Assembly: GCF_006345805.1 (NCBI RefSeq)
Contig: NC_043002.1
Location: 102,300,001-102,364,000, forward strand
Direction: 5' to 3'
DNA from: Octopus sinensis
Lineage: Eukaryota
DNA: 64,000 nucleotides
Shown: one piece after another, positions 38,188 through 51,256 of the stretch
Layout of the letters: each line of letters starts with the position of its first letter
How positions within the stretch are numbered: the first letter of the stretch is position 1
Translations under genes and position numbers: made by a program
Notes under the pieces: generated by a model
What the model was told of the DNA's origin: nothing
The model's input: only the letters and a program-made list of their open reading frames with translations
The model's database searches: none

Positions 38188-39292
38188 GAATGTATGTATT
38201 GGAGGCAGGCAGTGGTGGCCAATGGAGCCACCTCCAATGAAACACAAATAAGAAGTTGTGTTCCACACGGCACACCCTTGGGGCCACTGCTGTTCATAGT
38301 GTCCCTTATAGACATGCTCTCAGTTGCTAAGATGGCCACCCTTACTAGCTATTCAGATTACAGAAAAAGTCTCTCTGGCAATACAAAACCCTGGAAATAT
38401 TGCACATCTGCAACGAAAGTTGCATACAATATACAAGAGGGCTGAGGAGAACAACATCCAGTTTAGTGAAAGGGGGTTCCAAGCCCTGCGTTACCGGCAC
38501 ACAAAGCTGAACGATATGCAGACCGGATTCTGGCCCGGGAAGAATTGCAATTCCTGAGTCAAAATCAGTGCGTGACCTGGGCATTGACACGAGCAATGAT
38601 GAATATTTCCAAGAGCATATTGCAAATTTGGTAATAAAATGCAGACGGCTAGCTGGATGGATCCTCCGAACTTTCAGAACAAGAGAGAAGGAGACATTGA
38701 TGGTCCTTTGGAAGATATTCGTCCTCAGCCGCTTGGAAAACTGCCCCCAACTCTGGTCACCATACAATAGAATGTTAACAGCAGAACTCGAAGCAATCCA
38801 CCGAAGCTATACTAAGAAGATCGTCTCAATGAAACATATCAGCTACTGGGAAAGACTGAAAGTATTAAAACTATTTTTCCTTGAGCGAAGACGGGAGAGA
38901 TATGCAGTGATATACATCTGGAAAAGCCTGAAGGGCCTTGTTCCGAATTTTGGTATTGAAAGTTACCCCAACAGCAGAACGGGGCGCCATTGGATACTGA
39001 AACAGCTTGAGTTTCAGGAGACCAGAGCTCTTTAATATCCTTCCTAAATGCCTAACAGACCTGCATGGTGTGGATGGGATTTTTTTAAACCTAAACTGGA
39101 TCTCTTCTTGTCAGGGGTTCCAGATGAACCTACCTCTCGCCAGGAATCACAAATACGAGCAGCGGTGTCGAACTCCCTTGTTGACCAAGTGCCACGTATC
39201 AGATGTCGTTTCACATACTAGCGTAGCTCATTCAACGGTGGTGCCGCAGCATGGCCGCAGCTTTCGGCCTGAAACCTTTTAGAAGGATTTAC
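38188..39292 (+). mobile_element. 5'-truncated CR1-like LINE (RT domain to 3' tail), decayed
   Basis: RQAVVANGATS...VPHGTPLGPLLFIV...SYSD (QG and YADD motifs), AEENNIQF, VRDLGI...HIANLVIKCRRLAGWILRTFRTRE...SRLENCPQLWSP...YWERLKVLKL..LERRRERY. Tail ggtggtgccgcagcatggccgcagctttcggcctgaaac. Confidence 0.93.
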
Positions 39293-39589
39293 ACACACAC
39301 ATATATATATATATTGGCCTATCGCTTAGCCAGCGGGGTGGCGTCATTTGAAGACTAAAACAATGCAAAACGCATTGTGACCAGCGATGTGCAGCAACGT
39401 CTGATAGCCTGGTCGGTCACGGTGATCACGGTGATATATATATAAGTAGACAAAGGAAAGAAGGTCTTTGAACGCATCTGTTGGGATTTAGATGCATAGA
39501 TCAAAATAGTCTGATTAAGACTCCTTGAAATTCAGATTTCAAAGGAGTGATAGTCAAACCGTTTTGATTCACACATACACACACGCATG

Positions 39590-39623
<34 letters not shown>

Positions 39624-39873
39624 ATCACACTCATATATGAATACGTATAGATGTGTGTGCTTTTGTGTTCGTGCATACGTGTGTACGTGTATGTGTGTGT
39701 CTTCAATTCTTATAATTCTACGAAAGTGGAACTACCTGTTGAGTGATTGTACACTCTCAGATACGAAAGAACTTGTTGAGATGTACTAAAATTGTACCGT
39801 GCTATGTACGTGCGTGTATGTACAAAAGATATATATATCTGAGTGGGTGATAGTGATAAAGAGTGAGATACAA

Positions 39874-39909
<36 letters not shown>

Positions 39910-40169
39910 AAAGGGAGATATATATAGAGAAATAGAGATATTGTGTGTGATTGCGTGCAACCATAAACATAGAGTTCCAATTGTCTATAAGTATGTGCGA
40001 CTAAGTGCGAATACAGTTACAGAGGGGAAATTGTAGTATAATTTCAATGGAGAACATCGTGTCGATGTAGTTGTGAAGTCATTGAAGGAAGCTGCATGTG
40101 ACGTGTTCTGCAGTTCTCTGAGATGTCTTTTTAAATGTGACCACTTTTTGTTGACGTTATGTAGACATA

Positions 40170-40287
40170 TGTTTATATGTATGAATGTTTGAGTGTGTGT
40201 GTGTGTGTGTGCTTTTATGTGTATGTCTACGTGACTGTTTGTGGGTGGTTTTGTGTAATCAACCACTTTTCTCCACCTCTCGGCCTT

Positions 40288-40320
<33 letters not shown>

Positions 40321-40560
40321 CTGCTTGAAGATATACGTACGTTTATATATATACGAATCCCAAAAACTTGTCCGTGTGTGTGTGTGTGTGCTTCTTTGTG
40401 TATGTGTATGTCTGTGTGCCTATTTGTGGGTGGTTTTGTGTAATCATCCACTATTTTCTCCCCTCTTTTTCTCCCTTTTCTGCCCCCCCTCTCTCTGCTT
40501 GAATATATACATCTGTTACATATCTACGAATTCCAAAATCTTGTCAGTATATACGTGTTT
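40170..40560. repeat. Diverged tandem duplication (unit about 190 bp)
   Basis: Both units contain tttgtgggtggttttgtgtaatca.ccact..tttctcc, ctctctgcttgaa.atatac and tacgaat.ccaaaa.cttgtc. Confidence 0.85.
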
Positions 40561-42923
40561 GTGTGTGTGTATTCTCTGATTGAGCGATATTGGGAGATAG
40601 ATTACATATACAAAGTCAGTGTTTTGTACAGATAAATGGACAAGCTTACCTGATGAATATAAACATTTATACGTAGACTAAATGATGGTAGATTTATAAA
40701 CAGTCTGTTTATAAGAAAATTGCAAAGCTTAATAGTGCATGGCTTACAAATGGAAATCATGTAATAGCAGATATCGTGCATATATTCCCATGCTATCCTA
40801 TTACTTCCGGAGTTGAATTGACGCATTCGAAAAAATTTAAGACAGTCTCATAGAATAGCACGTTCCTTCTGTCTACTTTTTCATTTCAAATTTCGTCGAA
40901 GTTAAAGTTGTATTCACTATTCTGGGGTCGATATAATATACCAGTCGATTACTGGGTCTGATGAAGCTTTTTGTCTCTCTCTTAGATATTTGATGTCGCG
41001 TTTTGAGGTGATTTTTATTTTATTTCATGTCATTTTTCTTCCGTAATTGAATCGGATAGATCTTAGAAGAACTTGTTCTCATAAAAATATAATTTACTGC
41101 AAAAAACAGGGGCTGGAAATGAAGCATTATTAAATTTGAATATTATGTTTACCTTGGTTATTGCATTAATATTGGAAGGCGATAAACTGACAGGATAGTC
41201 TCCACGCGACTTCAAAATGCTTTTAAGCATCTTTCCGAATTGATCTTTAGTGAAGGACGACATTTCAGCGACCCGTGGAATAAACTGTTCATTTGTTAAT
41301 CAAAGCCTTACAAATAACTTATTTCTGCAGCACAAAATGCCTCCTTGCATACAAGAGATAAATTCTTTGAAGCGTTGCCAGCTCTATACCAAACAAAACT
41401 AACTTTCATAAGAAGAGGTACCGAGATGCCTCGCCTTATGAACATTAACAGTAAACTTCATTAAATCCTGAAATACTCACTTACATACCAATGATGCACC
41501 ACATCATATCTTGTTAACATTTTCAACAGAAATGCCATCCAGATGAAATAGAAATCACTCAAACCATGACTACCATGTTTTCAGAAAAAAAAATTTGAAA
41601 TCCAGCTTGAACACACAGATACTTCCCTCGATATCCTGCACCCCACCCAAGCTATTCACAGATAACACATCACAAAATCCTTTATAAATTTAGATACAAT
41701 AAACCTCGCAAAATGTGACTCTTTTTTTTTTTATCAGAAACCTAAACTGCATCAAACTTGATCCAATTCATTTCTAAGTTTTGTATAGAAATGCATTGTG
41801 GTTACGCTGCGGCACCACACAGGTAACCCTCATTTGTTTGGCAGAAATTTAACCGATTGGTAACAGTTCACTCGTGCTCCCTCTCATCAATTACTTTTCA
41901 TTGAATTCAATTTATTGTTGCCAACAGTGCCGGTCTTGCACCTGAAATTTTCTCAATATATTTTACTTGTATCTAGAGCTCCCTCGAAAATACTCTGCCT
42001 AATTATTTCTTCTGTAGAAACCTACGTTTCTTCACGTTCAGCAAAAGATCCGTGCATCATTGTTACATCTGTGGAAGGTCCGAAAATATCAGGGCTGTGC
42101 CCGTCGCTATTCTGTGAAATATCTAGAAATGCCAACGCACATACAAACAACACACTCACAGATACAAATATATGACGTATGTATCTCCCCTTAGGAGGAC
42201 TCGCTTTATCAGACCCCAGGGTTATGGGCTGGCTTCTTTTCGGATGTAATTGGATAACATAGGAATATATGCACAATGTGTGCTACTATGTGATTTCCAT
42301 TTGTTAGCAGTGCACTTTGCAAATTACTTATAAAAACACTGTCTATGAATCTACCATCGTTTAGTCTACGAGTAAACATTTATATTCATCATCAAGGCCC
42401 GATATTTTATCTGTACAAAACATTAGTTTTGTATATATGATCTTTCTTCAAACATCACTCTGTCTGAGAATACACTCAGTCGAACTGGGTGGGCGTATAA
42501 CAACAAACCAGCCGACACAAAATATCTCTACTGAAACTTCTTTATCATTGTACCTGAAGAGACCCAATAAGTCTATTATGAAATCCATCTCCTGCTATTA
42601 TTAATACTATTACCTTAACTTCCATTTCAAAGTTCCTGAAGTAAATCCAACGGAAGTGTACCACAACTACAGATGACAACAGCTAACCTGAACTGTGCTG
42701 GAGCTGTACTCAGCATTTAAACATGCTAATCTAATTATACGTATTCATTTTAATTTTATATATACATACACACACACAGTGTGCGATGGGTATATTGTCA
42801 CCATTTTATATTTCTAAATTCGCAGATCCTGCCTCCCTTGTAAGTCATTAAGATTGTGATTCTGAGGCTAGTAAGGTGTTTTGACTCTTATCTCTAGCAA
42901 CGCTAGTTTTGATTAGTTCCTTT

Positions 42924-42959
<36 letters not shown>

Positions 42960-42963
<4 letters not shown>

Positions 42964-44170
42964 TAGATATGTTTCGATCAAAGATTGGTCCAGGTCATGT
43001 CTAACTTAATAGCACCACCTGATAGGATTATTCGAATCCTCTTTAAGTCAAGTTTTGTTTATGGTCCATTCAAGTAGTGAGTTCTTGTTGGGTGAGTTGT
43101 ATCCAATTATGGGTGGCTTATCTGGTATTCTTTGATGGAATCTATCCAGACTCCGTTTAAAGTTGATGGGATCCTTTTCCTCTTTGATCTCCCTCGGGTC
43201 AATGTTAAATAGGGCAGGGCCTGTTGATGAAAAGAAATTATGTTGCAGTGTACATGTATGCTGTGATCTTGAATTGGGAAGGGGACGTATGGCCCGTGGT
43301 CCCAGTCTTGGATCAACCTTGAAGCTATTTTAGAAAAAAAAATGAAAAATAGCTCAGAATTGCAGAGAAGACAGAATTCCTTGCCTTTGTCATATGGTAT
43401 CGAAATTGGGAGAATCAACCATTCTAAATAAAATTGTTTATTGTGGTCTTTTAAATCCCAAATCAGTTTGCTGAGACCGGTACTATTACGTTTATTTCTA
43501 TCCCTAAATGTTGCGTAATGGATAGAAATTCTTTTAGATAACTCTAACGATGTGCTTCCAATGTAAAATCGTACTTTATTACGAGTACTGATTATACACT
43601 GGTATACAGAATTTTTAATCTTAGAGTTACTTGACATAAACTTAATTCTATTGGAATTGACTTCAGATACAACAACCTTGTTATTAATATTTCTAGAGGG
43701 TTGGATAGTATTAGCTAAATTAATGTTAGTATTAGTAAATGTATTAATATTTAACAGTTTGTTATTATGTGAAGAGATAATTTGCAAGAGATATTTTGTG
43801 TTTGAAAAACCTATCCTGACCTTATGTGAATTGATAATAGAGTAATATCTAGAATTGTTTGGAAAATTCCTAGCAATAGCTTGACGAAACAGCAGTGGGA
43901 GATTAGATTTAATTTGTCTCCCGTAAGGAATTATTAACCAAATATTTTTACTAGTATTCATAGCGTAATTACTTTTGAAGGTGTTATATTTACTTTTAGA
44001 TCGATAATAGGGGATTAAATAAGGGATATCTGCCGTCATTCGCTTTGTATCGGTGCGTAAGTTATGTTTATTATCAATAATTCTTTTACGACTAGAAATC
44101 TTATCTACATTATTGAATTTACAATTAGACTGAGCAGAATCAATGTAGAAAATTATCTCTGTATAACCTG
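42960..44170 (-). mobile_element. 5'-truncated Penelope-like element (RT thumb/linker plus GIY-YIG endonuclease)
   Basis: NIWLIIPY..QIKSNL..FRQAIARNFP...RYYSIINSHKVRIGFSNTKYLLQIISSHNNKLL; GIY-YIG VYQCII...FYIGST...KRISIHYATF...STGLSKLIWDLK...LEW...FCLLCNSE. The element ends next to (TA)n(TG)n. Confidence 0.9.
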
Positions 44171-45247
44171 CTTTAAACAAGGTAAACATACACTCATCTA
44201 TATATATATATATATACACAAACATTGATATATACACTCTTTTTATGTCATGTATGCAAGTAATATTTTTGCAACAATTTATTATACATCGAAAAATGAA
44301 CACACAATATATATTGCGGAATAAATATTTATCGTATTATGATAGCCGAAAGTGACAGCATACCTATACTTTATTCGTACTGCCAAGAAAAATTCATCTT
44401 CTGATAATATATCTAGATGTTCACTACAGCAGTGCCTGATAATAATTAAGACCAGTTAAGTTATCATTCCTTGAATTCAGTCTTTCTCATTCGCTTGTCA
44501 TCCATATAAAATACAAATGGCTGGGAGGTAATATAGTAGAATGTTTCTGAAGACTTCTTCAACTGTTAAAAATCCGTCAATCTGTCTGTATAATAAACAA
44601 GCAGAAAGAAGACCGATAAAGGAAATAGAGACAACGTATATATGAAAGAGAAAAATGTTTTGTAGTGTAATAAACAATGATATTACCTGATATTGTTTTG
44701 TATTTCAAAGAAAGCATCTTTGAACTTTAAGAGATAATTTTTAGCGATACTTTCATTGGTCAGATAAAATTGGAATGAAATGATGCGGAAATATGTAATA
44801 TTATATTTTGTCTGTGTAACTAGATTTATTTTTTATTACCTTTTTAAATAGTAATATTGCAAATATATGACAAAGGTTACTGGAAATCAGAGAGACAAAA
44901 ACCACGCTTGATTCATTAAATAAACAAATGCTTAAAAGTGTAGGAGAAGAAATTTGTTTTAAGTACAGCAACACAGCAAGTAAATGTGTTACGCTGTTCT
45001 ACTGGAAGAAACATACGAAATACAGACATGGTACGTGGTGTGGATACGCAGGTATATGCACGCACACCCCCACAGACACGAGCACACACCCACACACATT
45101 ATATATATATATATATATTTGTTGTATTTAGGAATGGTCACTTTGCCAGTTTAGCTAATAATATATATATAAGTATATTTGTATACATGATTATATATTT
45201 ATATATGTATATATATATAAGTATATTTATATACATATTTATATATA

Positions 45248-45607
45248 GGCGTAGGAGTGGCTGCTTACCGAACACATGGTTCAGGGTTCAGTCCCACTGC
45301 ATGGCCGACCAAATCCTTGTGAGTGGATTTGGTAGACGGAAACTGAAAGAAGCCCGTCGTATATATGTATATATATATGTATGTGTGTGTATGTGTTTGT
45401 GTGTCTGTGTTTGTCCTCCCAACTTCACGTGACAACCGATGCTGGTGTGTTTACGTCCCCGTAACTTAGCGGTTCGGAAAAAGAGACCGATATAATAAGT
45501 ACTGGGCTTACAAAGAATAAGTCCTGGAGTCGATTTACTCGACTAAAGGTGGTGCTCCAGCATGGCCATAGTCAAATGACTGAAATAAGTAAAAGAGTAA
45601 AGAGTAA
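45248..45607 (+). mobile_element. SINE family A with small head deletions
   Basis: ggcgtaggagtggctgcttacc...gggttcagtcccactgc...aagaagcccgtcg(TA/TG)n...ggtggtgctccagcatggccatagtcaaatgactgaaa. Confidence 0.9.
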
Positions 45608-45613
45608 ATATAT

Positions 45614-46515
45614 ATATTATATAAAATCCGTTCTGTCTGCTTGTGTGTGTGTCTTCTTGGATCTCTGGCATCCTCCATCCGATTGCACTCAAATGTGATA
45701 TGTAGCTGCCGACGGTATCTGGGCGCGTATAAGTCATGAAAAACTTACAAAATTCGATTCCAGGTGAGAATGAGATCGATAAAGCCGTTTTTGCCTTGCT
45801 CTTCTTCCGTCAACCTGTACATAACTGCACCTTCCATTTTTTGTTCATTTGAACTGCTTAAAAGCATGTTTCTTTCCAGCCAAGCTTACTTTTTAAACCA
45901 TGTTTGTGTTCTCTCAGTCAACGGACTTGTCATTACTGGTACTTTAAACTCTTCGGTTGCATACTTGTGTGAATAAAATCGTTTTTCTTTGGAATAGAAA
46001 GAAAGGCTATCTTTATTTATTCTTTTGCTGGTGTCTCAAATTTAGGTTAAATCAGTGTTTCTCAAAGGGGAGGCCTATGGGACGGTAAGACAGTTGTTTT
46101 GACAAAATTTGGTTTAAATGCTTGACAACGCAGCACCGTCCATTGGACGGGAGGCGTTTTGCTCCTCTATTATATAAAATCCGTTCTCTCTCTCTGTGTG
46201 TTTTCTTCTAGGATCTCGGGCATCCTCCATCCGATTGCACTCAAATTTTATGTATAGATGCCGACGGTATCAGGGCTTATATAAGTCTTGAAAAAATTAC
46301 AAAAATCGATTCTAGGTGAGAACGTGATCGATAAAGCCGTGGGAATGTGCATTTCTAGGGGCAAGTACATCAGCTGTTGCGATCGATACAACGCGTACGC
46401 GAGAAAATCTGTTCTCTCTGTCTGTGTGTGTGTCTTCTAGGATCTCGGGCATCCTCCATCCCATTGCGCTCAAATTTAATATGTAGACACCGACGGTATC
46501 AGGGCGTGTATATAT
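45614..46515 (+). mobile_element. Three partial copies of a Helitron-like 5' module (45614-45790, 46165-46340, 46403-46515)
   Basis: Shared ggatctc.ggcatcctccatcc.attgc.ctcaaat...ccgacggtatc.gggc. The copy at 46165 begins TCtattatataaaa, like Helitron 5' ends. No clear CTAG-hairpin 3' end was found. Confidence 0.6.
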
Positions 46516-47079
46516 AACCGTATGAGCGTGCATTGTTTGATACGTATGTGCATATGTGTAGATGTATATGTGTGTAAGTATTTGTATGTGTTGTGTATGT
46601 TAGTGTATAAGTATGTACATGCATGTACATATAAGTATGCGTAGATATATGTATGTACTGTATATGCAAAAGAAAAAAAAGAATAAATAGAATAAAATAA
46701 AGCAAATTTGAATTTTTACCGTAGTCCTTGAAAAGCGCGTCATATATATATATATATATATGTTATTGTTTTTACGTTTTGTATTCTTATTGGTGTCACG
46801 TATTCTGTATTTTTGTTCGTGTACTTCGTTCGTTTTCCGTCCTCGTGTTGTATACATTCGAAGCTTTCTTCTCCAGGGATCTAATGCGCTTGGCTTAGAT
46901 TTCCCTTGGCGGGCTGCCCATATCGGAGCAATCTCAAGATTAATCAGCCGAAATTGCTAAGATGATCTGGTTCTTGACTGATGACTGAGGGCTTCGAATG
47001 TCCCGTCCTGTGGTTCTTGTGTCGTCTCTGTGGTGTTTCATGTTCTTGTCCATGTCTGTAATTATTTTTACTGTTTACC

Positions 47080-47147
<68 letters not shown>

Positions 47148-47639
47148 ATATATATATATATATGTGTGTGTGTTGTGTGGTGTGTGTGGAGATGGATAAG
47201 CGTTATGTGTGTATACTTTAAGCTTAAACGTATATTTGTGAGTATGTGTAAGTGTCTATATGATTGTGTCTACTTGTATATATATATAAGGTTATATGTG
47301 TATATATGGATCTAAGACGTTGTATCCATTCACCGTTAGGCGGTGATGTGAGGTACAAACTCACGCACACACACATATATATATATATGTGTGTGTGTGC
47401 GTCTATATACATGTATATGTGTGTATATATACACCCTTCAACAAGCTATCAGTGAATTCTACAACTTGAACTGACATATATCAGTACGTAAACATATGTT
47501 CACACGTACAAACACATGTACACACACACGTCTACACACTCTCCTGAATAATAACATACATACGTAAGTACATACGTACATACTTACATACATACAGGTA
47601 TCGAATGGTTACGTTTCATTCGGTTTGGTAGCAGTGATG

Positions 47640-48012
47640 CGGCTGCTCATCCGTCTACTGAAGTAAGCTACCAATACTTTCTCCCTCAGAGAGTTACTTA
47701 TTTGTAAAAAAAGATATGTAGCATGTGACTTCATTGACCGAGGTTACTGTGGTCTTTTCCGTAGGCTTTTCTCTCCACGAGTAAACCTCACCTGTCTTCC
47801 CCTCTACACTTTATATTGACATTTCTGTGATAACGATCCCTATTGATCGATTTTTTCCTTTTATTTTTATCCACCACCCTTTTTTTTTTTGCTTTTGCTT
47901 TCCTTTTACGATCCCTTTGATCGAAAATCAACTCCCTTTTTTTATCCCCAAAAGAAAAGCTCTACCTTGTAATTTGTCCCGTCTGTGTGCAGCCCTGTGT
48001 GGCTAATAAAGA
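47640..48012 (+). mobile_element. Longer copy of the retroposon 3' terminus also seen at 8880-9010
   Basis: The last 110 bp or so are shared with the 8.9 kb copy; ends in aataaaga followed by TATC-rich repeats. Confidence 0.6.
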
Positions 48013-48065
48013 AACATAACTATCTTATATATCTATTCTTCTATCTATCTATCTATCTATCTACA

Positions 48066-48106
<41 letters not shown>

Positions 48107-49122
48107 CCGTCGCTCTCACTCCTGTTTCTCTCACCTCTTAGCTGCAACGCGATCAACTGCGCCAGTCGATTATCTATCTCTTGCATACCTGTAATTTAGA
48201 TATGGTAAAGTATTAAAGTTATATGGTTTATATAATGTTTTCTAGATTCTTAAATACAGATTCATATTCATAATTTAGGCAAGGACTTGCACTAAACTTT
48301 CTAATTTATAACTCAGAATTTATTGAAACTTTTAGTGACAATCCTGATATTTACAGGACATAACTTACATTTTTATAATAACTTACATACGTACACGTAG
48401 GATTACACAAACATACACCTACGTCTGAGAATGTGTGTGTGTGTGTAAGTGTGTAAATGAAAGGATGTTTGGTATGTGTATATAGTTGCAGGTGAACAGC
48501 GCTCAACAAATTGTACGTACAGCCAGAGCAAATGATAAAATACCAGAGTATTGGTTTTCATATATATATTAAAGTGAATTTGATAGGAGCATAAACTACA
48601 AATAGGCTCTTATCGCAAAGACGTCATAAAAAATGTATTTTGTAAAAATACCAGTCGTTAAATAATACCTAACGTAATATAGAGAATGTCGTTAGATAAT
48701 ACCTAACGTAATAAAGAGAATGTCGTAAAATATTCGCAGTTGTGTTATCTCTACCAAAGGAAATTAATTTTGGAATGTAAATCAAGTTTTTTATCAGTTA
48801 TCAATATATTTTTCACATTATCATATTGTCAGCCTAATATATTACGTAACTACATACCCGGAGACTCACACCTAATGCAAGCGCTGCGTTTCAGTATATA
48901 CAAATGTATCTTCATAAAATCGTATAATTACACAGCTCTATATTTTATTTTATATATATATATATAAAATATTGGAAAAAAAACAACTTTTATCAATTCA
49001 GGATGAATAATTAAATTACACCATCTAGAAAATTACATATAATAGAAAAGATAAAATTAAAATAACAATAAAAAGTGAAGATTAAGTAAATTAGAAAAAT
49101 AATATATAATAGGTAGAAAAAC

Positions 49123-49197
49123 GACACATGTTTCGCTACTATATTTAAGAAATGATTATAGTAGTAGAAAAATCACTTACATATAGTCGCTCATCAG
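49123..49197 (-). ncRNA. Minimal type-I hammerhead-ribozyme-like motif (stem I missing)
   Basis: Minus strand: CTGATGA-[gcgactatatgtaag...cttaaatatagtagc long stem II]-GAAAC-ATGT-GTC. The core is intact but the flanks cannot form stem I. Confidence 0.55.
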
Positions 49198-49221
49198 TTA
49201 AAAATAAAATAGAACAATAAA

Positions 49222-49275
49222 TCCAGCATGGCCGCGGCCTTCGGGCTAAAACATTTTTAAGGATTTAAGGATTTT
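49222..49275 (+). mobile_element. Very short 3' tail of the CR1-like LINE
   Basis: ccagcatggccgcggccttcgggctaaaacatttttaaggatttaaggatttt matches 39243-39292. Confidence 0.7.
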
Positions 49276-49370
49276 AATTAATAAATACTTTTTTTGTATG
49301 GAATTGATTTAGTATTTCTAAATTGAATTCTTTTTCCTTTAAGTTTGGATTTTATTCCTTCAAATAATAG

Positions 49371-49412
<42 letters not shown>

Positions 49413-50532
49413 TAACGCAAGGATATGGGGGTTATGTGATCCTGTGTTAGAGTTATTGTGTATATATACACAAACTCATACATAAACACACATATACATA
49501 CATAGATGTCCTGCCTGAGATATAGTTTTATAACGGTCATTCTACGTTCAAGCTAAGTACATATAACACTGAATTACGAAATAAACATACATTCACATAT
49601 GAACAATATCTGAATATAAATATCTATAATTGCTACGCATATGTGCAGGCATGTGCCGTGATGTATGTGACAGTTGAAATTGAAAAAGAAAATATCTTAT
49701 GAAACACACACACACGTATATGTATGTATACAATAACACAGGTATGCATGTATTTGTGTGTGTATGCGTATATATATATATTTATATGTATTTATATCTA
49801 TTTATATTTATTTATATCTAAATATATTTATATTATATTTATTTATATATAGACAGAGAGAGATATATATACACGCGTTTAGATGTGTTACTGATATGGT
49901 TTCCTGTATATTCACATATCGTTCTCCAAACACTGAAGATTGTTTACAGCCAACAGACTCTGCTGAGTTATAATATATCATTACGATTTAATATAAACCT
50001 TCATTTTATTCAGCCAGGAATATTGCTGCTGTCATTGGAAATTACCAATCGTTCTTATTCCTCAGAATATGTTTCAAAGCGTTGCATAATAGCTATAAAT
50101 TCTACAGAAATTCGATACACTCTCTCTGGACTCGAATTACAAATATCCATCTATATTAATATCTTCAAGTTTTCTGCGAATAGTATGAAACCCCGTAATT
50201 TTCACAGAATACTGACCCAAGGGAAGCGTACGCGTACACGCATATTTCATGATTAATTTATATGCATATATGTGTGTGAATGTGATTTTGTATGTATACA
50301 TATACGGTATACATGTATGTGTTTGTGAATATGTGTGTGTATATATACATCAATATCTAAACATTATATATATATATATATATATAAATAAATGTATATG
50401 TATACTGTGTGTGCGTATATTCATTTACACATGTACGTATTTATATACACTGGCGCACGCACATATTTTTAACATGCACGCTTATTCTGATAGATGTAAA
50501 GAGTCAAGTATATAACAAAATGCAATTTTATA

Positions 50533-50688
50533 TATATGCATACATATAGGTATATGTATATATATATATATATGCATACATATAGGTATATGTATATATA
50601 TATATATGCATACACATAGGTGTATGTATATATATATATGCATACATATAGGTGTATGTATATATATATATATGCATACATATAGGTG

Positions 50689-50700
<12 letters not shown>
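50533..50700. repeat. Minisatellite, 5 copies of ATGCATAC(A)TATAGGT(A/G)TATG-(TA)n
   Basis: Directly visible. Confidence 0.9.
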
Positions 50701-50727
<27 letters not shown>

Positions 50728-51256
50728 GTGTGTGTGTGTGTGTTAGTTCAGTGTCAGAAATGTGTACTCGTATCAATTATGAATTGCACTGAAAATCTCT
50801 TTCTGAACAAATCTGATTGTGATTTACACTCACATAACACATAATCCGGCACAGATACAACTTTGTTTTATATTACTCACTCAGACCGTCTTACAGTTTC
50901 TCACATCCCTTTATGCATGCATATGTTATATGTGTGTGTTTGTGTTCGTGTTTATATGTATATATATATACACTGATACGCAAATTCTTAGTTGTTTTTT
51001 TTTTTATTTATTAGCTTCAACTTGAGAGCTGAGGCCCTGCTGGAGCACCACCGTTAGCTTTGTTACATCTTCACTGCTAGAAACCTCCTGTAGTATGTAA
51101 GTTTTGGTGAATCAGTGGCTTTGTTGTCGGTAGGTAGGTTCATCCAGAACTCTTGACCGGAGGAGATCCCTTCTTCTGTATACACAGACACTCACATCTA
51201 GACACACATGTGCGCGCGCACATATGTATGCACATGTGTGTATATGCGTGTGTGCA

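Noticed and set aside
40642-40730. CTGATGA...stem...GAAA with flanking AAGCTT, hammerhead-like
   Set aside because: There is no valid stem III plus NUH triplet (GAAA-ATTGCA) and stem I is out of register. The CTGATGA also overlaps a minus-strand CAG|GTAAGC, so chance is likely.
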